64,000 nucleotides of DNA from Flavobacteriales bacterium (GTDB lineage: Bacteria; Bacteroidota; Bacteroidia; Flavobacteriales; BACL11): contig JABGSE010000034.1 of the NCBI GenBank assembly GCA_018647945.1, forward strand, positions 3,380 through 67,379, in the 5' to 3' direction. Below the pieces are notes generated by a model. The model was not told where the DNA came from. It made no database searches and worked only from the letters and a program-made list of their open reading frames with translations. Below, one piece after another: positions 58,471 to 64,000 of the stretch (positions are counted from its first letter, which is position 1; each line of letters starts with the position of its first letter). A program made the translations under genes and the position numbers.

Positions 58471-59600
58471 TACAAACGAATGTTTAGTTTTTTAACCATT
58501 ATATTTTTCCAATTTGTAAATGTTCCTTCTTCCAAATGTTTTCGGCTTTCTTCCATTAACCATAAATAAAAGCGAATATTGTGTAAAGATGCAATTTGTT
58601 TTCCGAGCATTTCATTTGATTTAAACAAGTGCCGTAAGTATGCTTTTGTGTATGCGGAATCTACAAAAGAAGTTCCGTTTGGGTCCAATGATGTAAAGTC
58701 TTTTTCCCATTTTTTATTTTTTATATTTATTGTCCCTTCTGAGGTGAAAAGCATTCCGTTTCTGGCATTTCTTGTTGGCATCACGCAATCAAACATATCT
58801 ATTCCGAGAGCTATGTTTTCTAGAAGGTTTGTTGGTGTACCAACTCCCATTAAATATCTTGGTTTGTCTTCTGGTAAAACCGAACAAACTATATCGGTCA
58901 TTTCGTACATCATTTCGTGTGGTTCCCCAACTGAAAGTCCTCCAATGGCATTTCCAACTCTATCAAAGGATGCAATTTTTTCTGCAGATTGAAGTCGTAA
59001 ATCTTTGTAAACACTTCCTTGAACAATTGGAAAAAAGCTTTGGTCAAATCCGTATTTACCCTGTGTAGAATCAAATTGTTTGCAACATCTTTTTAGCCAT
59101 CTGTGTGTCATGTGCATGGAGTTTTTTGCATAATCATAATCACAAGGATAAGGAGTGCATTCATCAAAAGCCATTATGATATCAGCTCCAATTGTCCTTT
59201 GTATGTCTATTGCATGTTCTGGACTAAAAAAATGGGAAGAACCATCAATGTGAGACTGAAAAGTAACTCCTTCTTCTACTATTTTTCTGGCTCCCGAAAG
59301 GGAATATACTTGGTATCCTCCGCTATCAGTAAGTAGTGGTTTTGCCCAACCAATAAATTTATGTAATCCACCTGCACTTTCAATTATATCCAATCCTGGC
59401 CGCAAATAAAGGTGGTAAGTATTCCCTAAAATTATCTGTGCTTGTGTGTCTTTATCTATTTCGTGCTGATGAACTCCTTTTACGGTTCCTGCCGTTCCTA
59501 CAGGCATAAAAATTGGGGTTTCAACTTTTCCGTGTGATGTTCCAAATTCTCCTAATCTGGCATTAGAATAAGGATCCTTTTTGTGTATTGTAAATTTCAT
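58470..59600 (-). CDS. tgt: tRNA-guanosine(34) transglycosylase
   Basis: Motifs LLTDSGGYQV, FDECTPYP and GLSVGEP. 376 aa. Confidence 0.95.
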   Translation of the reverse strand: MKFTIHKKDPYSNARLGEFGTSHGKVETPIFMPVGTAGTVKGVHQHEIDKDTQAQIILGNTYHLYLRPGLDIIESAGGLHKFIGWAKPLLTDSGGYQVYSLSGARKIVEEGVTFQSHIDGSSHFFSPEHAIDIQRTIGADIIMAFDECTPYPCDYDYAKNSMHMTHRWLKRCCKQFDSTQGKYGFDQSFFPIVQGSVYKDLRLQSAEKIASFDRVGNAIGGLSVGEPHEMMYEMTDIVCSVLPEDKPRYLMGVGTPTNLLENIALGIDMFDCVMPTRNARNGMLFTSEGTINIKNKKWEKDFTSLDPNGTSFVDSAYTKAYLRHLFKSNEMLGKQIASLHNIRFYLWLMEESRKHLEEGTFTNWKNIMVKKLNIRL

Positions 59601-59605
59601 TGTGG

Positions 59606-59613
59606 CAAATGTA
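59606..59613 (-). promoter_or_regulatory. -7 box TACATTTG, 5 nt before tgt ATG
   Basis: Exact TAnnTTTG on the minus strand. Spacer CCACA, then ATG 59600. Confidence 0.45.
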
Positions 59614-59660
59614 ATTAAATAGTCCCATATCTAAAGTGTTAATACTTACATCTAATTATG

Positions 59661-59668
59661 TATTTTTG
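59661..59668 (+). promoter_or_regulatory. -7 box TATTTTTG immediately upstream of rnpB
   Basis: Exact TAnnTTTG. The P1 helix of RNase P RNA begins 4-5 nt after the final G. Confidence 0.6.
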
Positions 59669-59671
59669 CAG

Positions 59672-59976
59672 AAGTAGTTACTGATTCTATCGCTTCTTTT
59701 TTTTAAGAAGAGGAAAGTCCGGACAAGATAGAGAACCGTAGCGGATAACATCCGTCCACTTTATTGTGAGGACCAGTGCAACAGAAAGAATGTACAGTTA
59801 GGCTGTAGTGAAACCAGGTAAACTCTACGGCTTGCAATGCCATGTAAACCAAGGTTTGAGGCTTTCTCGGCCAACTTGAAGGGTAGGCAGATTGAGGTAA
59901 AAAGTAATTTTTATCCTAGATAAATGATAGAACCCATTTTTTGGGAACAGAATCCGGCTTATGTGTAACTACTATT
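59672..59976 (+). ncRNA. rnpB: RNase P RNA, bacterial type A (compact)
   Basis: Universally conserved GAGGAAAGTCCGG (P4 5' strand) and ACAGAATCCGGCTTA (P4 3' strand), with CAGTGCAACAGAAAG and GGTAAACTC blocks. P1 pairs AGTAGTTAC (59673-59681) with GTAACTACT (59965-59973). A promoter box sits just upstream and a terminator just downstream. Ends are accurate to within a few nt. Confidence 0.9.
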
Positions 59977-59977
59977 A

Positions 59978-60011
59978 AGTCAGTATCTTTTTGGTACTGA
60001 CTTTCTTTTTT
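59978..60011 (+). terminator. Rho-independent terminator after rnpB
   Basis: About 10-bp stem AGTCAGTATC/GGTACTGACT with a TTTTT loop, followed by a T-rich tract. Confidence 0.75.
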
Positions 60012-60018
60012 ATATTTG
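60011..60018 (+). promoter_or_regulatory. -7 box TATATTTG, 4 nt before ATG 60023
   Basis: Exact TAnnTTTG. Spacer CAAA, then ATG. It lies just after the rnpB terminator. Confidence 0.5.
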
Positions 60019-60022
60019 CAAA

Positions 60023-61003
60023 ATGTATAGAATTTTAATTCTCATTTCTTTTATCTCGTTTTCCGCTGCTGCGCAAGATCAGTTGCTCAAAATAATTATG
60101 CTGGATGAAGTAGAAATATTTCAGGATAAAGATAGTTTTTCGGTTGAAGATTTTATTTTTTATGTGAAAAATGATACAACTTTCTACAAAGGATTTAAAC
60201 ATTTAAGATATTATCCTCACTTCTATAAAAGTGAATTGAAAATTATTGACAAGAAAAAAAATATGATTGCAAATTTGGACAGAAGTGGAACTCATTTTGT
60301 AAAAAATAACAGAGCATGGGTTGAAGATGAATTTACTTCATTTTCTGGAAAAGTATACACGAATAAAATCATGAGAATGATGAGGAAAAACACAGACACA
60401 AGCTCCTCAGTATATGCACAGATAAATAAATTTAAAGGAAAGTACAAATACTATACTCCTGAGGCTTTCGATAAGGTTTTCTTTCCTTATGATGGTTTGT
60501 CTGTTTCCATTGATATTGGATCGGATAATGCAAGTGAGGACAAAGATGTGAGAGATGCAAAAACAATTGGGTTTTCAATTGGAACTTCAGATACCGAACA
60601 GTCAAAAGGAGGAGTATCGAAAAAGTTGGCTATTTTTGATGAGAGTATGCAAAAATATTACAATTACCGAATTGGACTTACAAATTATAAAGGGACAGAT
60701 TGTTATACTTTTAGTTGTATAGTAAAGGAATCATTATCTGAAAAAGAGTTAGGAAAAACTCTTATCCGGAAAATTATTTCCTATTTTGATAAGGATAATT
60801 TTAATGTATTGTACAGAGAGTATGTGTTTTCGTACCGACATTTACTTATTGATTTAGACATGCAAGTAATTGTTTATTTTGGATATGAAAACGGAATAAC
60901 TGTCCCAAAAAATATTTATTACAAAGGTTTTTGGAATGTTCCTTTTTACAAGGCAGAAAGAGCAGAGTTTAATTTGGAGTTAACAGATTACCAAATTCCT
61001 TAA
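60023..61003 (+). CDS. Secreted hypothetical protein
   Basis: 326 aa with signal peptide MYRILILISFISFSAAAQ. A TATATTTG box lies 4 nt upstream of the ATG. Confidence 0.6.
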   Translation: MYRILILISFISFSAAAQDQLLKIIMLDEVEIFQDKDSFSVEDFIFYVKNDTTFYKGFKHLRYYPHFYKSELKIIDKKKNMIANLDRSGTHFVKNNRAWVEDEFTSFSGKVYTNKIMRMMRKNTDTSSSVYAQINKFKGKYKYYTPEAFDKVFFPYDGLSVSIDIGSDNASEDKDVRDAKTIGFSIGTSDTEQSKGGVSKKLAIFDESMQKYYNYRIGLTNYKGTDCYTFSCIVKESLSEKELGKTLIRKIISYFDKDNFNVLYREYVFSYRHLLIDLDMQVIVYFGYENGITVPKNIYYKGFWNVPFYKAERAEFNLELTDYQIP

Positions 61004-61239
61004 AGTGATTTGTGCGTACCATCACAAAAAGCACCTTTTTTAGAGTGTTTACATCCACACCAAGCTACTTTCTTATCTTCAGTAATTTCTACTATTTCCG
61101 GAGAGAAACCACTTCCTTTATGTGAACCATCACAGTAAGGGTTGTTGGCACTTAGACCACAACTACAAAATGCTTTCTTACCTGCTTTTTCATCCATTAC
61201 AAAAGGTGATTTCTGTACTATCTTTGGTAAATTTTCCAT
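61000..61239 (-). CDS. CDGSH iron-sulfur domain protein (two CDGSH motifs)
   Basis: Motifs CSCGLSANNPYCDGSH and CGCKHSKKGAFCDGTH. Confidence 0.85.
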   Translation of the reverse strand: MENLPKIVQKSPFVMDEKAGKKAFCSCGLSANNPYCDGSHKGSGFSPEIVEITEDKKVAWCGCKHSKKGAFCDGTHKSL

Positions 61240-61255
61240 TGCTTTATTTTTTCTT

Positions 61256-61263
61256 CAAATATA
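61256..61263 (-). promoter_or_regulatory. -7 box TATATTTG upstream of the CDGSH gene
   Basis: Exact TAnnTTTG on the minus strand, 16 nt before ATG 61239. Confidence 0.45.
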
Positions 61264-61275
61264 CTAATTTATATT

Positions 61276-62223
61276 TCACTCTTGAGAACCTAAGAATCTT
61301 TCTGCATCCAATGCTGCCATACAACCTGTACCAGCAGAAGTAACCGCTTGTCGGTACACATGGTCGGCAATATCTCCAGCGGCAAATACTCCAGGAATAG
61401 CAGTTTTTGAAGTTCCTGCTTCAATAAGTAAATATCCGTTTTCGTCCATTTCTAACTGGCCTTTAAATATAGCAGAGTTTGGAGTGTGTCCAATAGCAAC
61501 AAAAAATCCAGAACAAGGAACAATCGTTTCTTCTAATGTAATGTTGTTTACAGCTGTTACACTTTCTACTCCTTTTGGTCCTTCTTCTCCATTAATACTT
61601 TTCGTTTCATGGTTGTACATCACTTCCAGATTAGGAGTGTTAAATACCCTGTGTTGCATTGCTTTAGATGCTCTCATTTCATCTCTACGGACAAGCATTG
61701 TAACTTTAGTGCACATTTTAGAAAGGTAAGTAGCTTCTTCAGCAGCTGTATCTCCCGCTCCTACAACAACTACATCTTTTCCTTTATAAAAGAATCCGTC
61801 ACAAGTAGCGCATGCAGAAACTCCATATCCGTTTAATCTTTTCTCATCTTCCAACCCTAACCATCTTGCAGAAGCACCTGTTGCAATAATTACAGTTTCA
61901 GCAAGTACATTTTTAGTTTCATCAATTTCAACTTTAAAAGGTCGTTCAGAAAAATCAACTTTAGTTACCATTCCCCATCTTGTGTCAGTTCCAAACCTTT
62001 CTGCTTGTTTTTTAAATTCTTCCATCATCTCCGGGCCCGTAACTCCATTAGGATACCCAGGATAATTGTCAACATCTGTTGTGGTAGTAAGTTGTCCTCC
62101 AGGTTGCAACCCTTGTATAACCACAGGTTTTAAATCTGCCCTTGCAGCGTAAATTGCAGCGGTATACCCTGCAGGTCCAGAACCTATAATGAGTACTTCA
62201 ATTTTTTCTATCTCTTCTGTCAT
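61276..62223 (-). CDS. trxB: Thioredoxin-disulfide reductase
   Basis: FAD motif IIGSGPAGYTAA, redox-active CATCDG and NADPH motif VVGAGDTAAEEA. Confidence 0.95.
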   Translation of the reverse strand: MTEEIEKIEVLIIGSGPAGYTAAIYAARADLKPVVIQGLQPGGQLTTTTDVDNYPGYPNGVTGPEMMEEFKKQAERFGTDTRWGMVTKVDFSERPFKVEIDETKNVLAETVIIATGASARWLGLEDEKRLNGYGVSACATCDGFFYKGKDVVVVGAGDTAAEEATYLSKMCTKVTMLVRRDEMRASKAMQHRVFNTPNLEVMYNHETKSINGEEGPKGVESVTAVNNITLEETIVPCSGFFVAIGHTPNSAIFKGQLEMDENGYLLIEAGTSKTAIPGVFAAGDIADHVYRQAVTSAGTGCMAALDAERFLGSQE

Positions 62224-62248
62224 GTTTTTTTTTCTTTTTTTGTGGATA

Positions 62249-62256
62249 CAAATATA
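62249..62256 (-). promoter_or_regulatory. -7 box TATATTTG upstream of trxB
   Basis: Exact TAnnTTTG on the minus strand, 25 nt before ATG 62223. Confidence 0.45.
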
Positions 62257-62278
62257 TGTAGTTATAATAGATTATTTC

Positions 62279-63316
62279 TTAGAATATATCAAATATATTT
62301 GGATAATATTCTTCTGTAATTGTAGTGTTTTTTAATATTGGAACAAGATAGTACCTTGTGCCATATCCTGTCCAGGATCCTAATCCACCATTAATATTAC
62401 TTGATAGATTCATTGGTTCTGCAAATGGATTCCCACCAGAAGTAGAGTTTCTTACTACACCTCTCCAAAATTTCATTGCTGCAAGATCAACTTGACAGAA
62501 TTTTATTAATACGAGATCTTCTGGCATTAGTATACTATCTTGACCTAAGGTAGTTGTATCTTGGTATTTTTTATATTTAAAAGTTCTATAGCTACCACTT
62601 GGAAACCCTCCTTGTTCACTTGGTCTTGGAAAGTACGTTTCAAATGACTCTCCATTTATTAGAACATCAGGACCACAATCTACTAATAATAATGAGTTGT
62701 CTTTTTCATTAGAAAGTGTTGGAGGGGTTGTTAGTGTATCAACTATGTTCCAATGTTCTACTCTCTTACTCCTTATTAGAATGTTATTTCCCATTGAATC
62801 TGGATCAGTATACTTAGCATTTATTTCACATTTATATTTGTTGTCATTTATATCTTCTGTCTCCTCAATCCATATTGAATCTAGAGGAGTTGAGTATGGT
62901 ATTGTTGTTGTTGATGTAATTATATTACTATCCCATTCAATAATTAAATCATATTTCTCTCCAACACGACTAAAATCATATTGGAAACTTGAATCTGCAA
63001 TTAACGAAAGAGTAGCTGTTACATTAGTGTAGAAGCCATATTCCTCATATTCAAAATATTGTAATTCTTCTATCACACCATCCTCACGTACTACAGATAC
63101 CTTAGCATTTTTAATAAATAGATCCTCATAAGTATTAATATCAATAGGATCAAAATACCCTTGATTTCTTGTTAAAATCACATAAGGAGGAAATCCAGGT
63201 TCAATAGATCCTTGTACTACTAATTTCTCTGGAATAGGCGGGAAATCTAATGATATTTCTTTTCTACAAGAAAATAAAAAAGAGATTATAAATAAGTATA
63301 AAAGATATTTTTTCAT
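62279..63316 (-). CDS. DUF4249-like lipoprotein (partner of the upstream TonB-dependent receptor)
   Basis: Lipobox FSC. It starts 3 nt after the receptor gene stop. Size and position match the DUF4249 family commonly paired with such receptors. Confidence 0.65.
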   Translation of the reverse strand: MKKYLLYLFIISFLFSCRKEISLDFPPIPEKLVVQGSIEPGFPPYVILTRNQGYFDPIDINTYEDLFIKNAKVSVVREDGVIEELQYFEYEEYGFYTNVTATLSLIADSSFQYDFSRVGEKYDLIIEWDSNIITSTTTIPYSTPLDSIWIEETEDINDNKYKCEINAKYTDPDSMGNNILIRSKRVEHWNIVDTLTTPPTLSNEKDNSLLLVDCGPDVLINGESFETYFPRPSEQGGFPSGSYRTFKYKKYQDTTTLGQDSILMPEDLVLIKFCQVDLAAMKFWRGVVRNSTSGGNPFAEPMNLSSNINGGLGSWTGYGTRYYLVPILKNTTITEEYYPNIFDIF

Positions 63317-63318
63317 AG

Positions 63319-64000
63319 TTAAAAGTTAAAGTTCCAAGTAATAGAAGGTAATATTGGGAATATAGATACTTGATACGCTTTAGGAGTTAAATTACCCTCT
63401 TGTATTGTTCCATTCTCATCTTCAATATTATTTTCTAATCCTAGATAAATAAAATATGGATTCTTTCGATTATATACATTATATATAGAGAAATTCCATG
63501 AAGATTTGAATTTTCTATTCTTTTTCTTATTAGGTGTATAAGTAGCCCCAATATCTAACCTATGATAAGGAATCATTCTATATCCATTTCTAGAGGTAAA
63601 TTCAGTGTATATATTTCCGTCAATTATATATCTTTCAGAAGGTAGAGTAATAGAGTTTCCAGTTGCATAAACAAAAACAGTGCTTAAATCCCATGAATCT
63701 GTAAGTTTATGTGTTCCTGTTATTGAAATATCATGTCTTCTATCATATTTAGCAGGATATGGAGTTCCTTCATTTATTTCATCAAAATATCTTGTTGTTT
63801 TAGATAATGTATATCCAATCCATCCAGTTGTTTTACCTTGATTCTTTTTTAGAAGAATTTCCATTCCATATGATTCTCCATTACCAAAAGTAAATGCATC
63901 ATCACTGCTTGTATTTGTGTTGTCTTCAGGAAGAATTCCTTCTTTATATTCAATAAGATTTTCCATTTCTTTATAATATAATTCTAGAGATGTTTCATAC
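63319..64000 (-). CDS. TonB-dependent receptor, C-terminal beta-barrel part (5' end beyond window)
   Basis: The frame stays open to nt 64000 upstream of the listed Met. Barrel-type alternating pattern ending in the terminal aromatic NFNF. Confidence 0.8.
   Translation of the reverse strand, partial: YETSLELYYKEMENLIEYKEGILPEDNTNTSSDDAFTFGNGESYGMEILLKKNQGKTTGWIGYTLSKTTRYFDEINEGTPYPAKYDRRHDISITGTHKLTDSWDLSTVFVYATGNSITLPSERYIIDGNIYTEFTSRNGYRMIPYHRLDIGATYTPNKKKNRKFKSSWNFSIYNVYNRKNPYFIYLGLENNIEDENGTIQEGNLTPKAYQVSIFPILPSITWNFNF

Overview
Visibly AT-rich, extremely gene-dense chromosomal segment that reads as core genome of a Bacteroidota member, most likely class Flavobacteriia. The evidence is a T9SS C-terminal sorting domain, CarboxypepD_reg-type TonB-dependent receptors (one followed by a DUF4249-like lipoprotein), TAnnTTTG -7 promoter boxes rather than Shine-Dalgarno or sigma70 signals, and a type-A RNase P RNA. 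All assignments rest on motifs and family recall from the supplied translations; no searches were run. I call about 65 protein-coding genes. They include housekeeping genes (purB, pyrG, yidC, holA, dnaX, rpsF-rpsR-rplI, aconitase, monomeric IDH, folP-cdaA, tpiA, prmA, plsY, clpS, mpl, ettA, tgt, trxB), transporters and outer-membrane proteins. I also call one tRNA-Arg(ACG), RNase P RNA, four intrinsic terminators and 21 Bacteroidota-type promoter boxes. I saw no rRNA, CRISPR array, transposase, integrase or prophage. I found no unambiguous novel multi-gene system. The best leads are: (1) an A10 slippery tract in dnaX with stops in both alternative frames, at the position expected for a tau/gamma switch; (2) an overlapping two-gene unit after tRNA-Arg encoding an exported PTP-like (HCxxGxxQSG) double-OmpA protein and an exported, membrane-anchored CotH-kinase/LTD protein; (3) TAnnTTTG boxes exactly 4 nt before start codons at several genes, suggesting leaderless mRNAs; (4) a compact RNase P RNA apparently lacking P13/P14; (5) a 1478-aa uncharacterised secreted protein embedded in a housekeeping operon; (6) a four-gene overlapping membrane-protein cluster with two paralogous glycine-zipper miniproteins, one below the ORF-track cutoff; (7) an intradiol dioxygenase with both a twin-arginine signal and a T9SS sorting domain.
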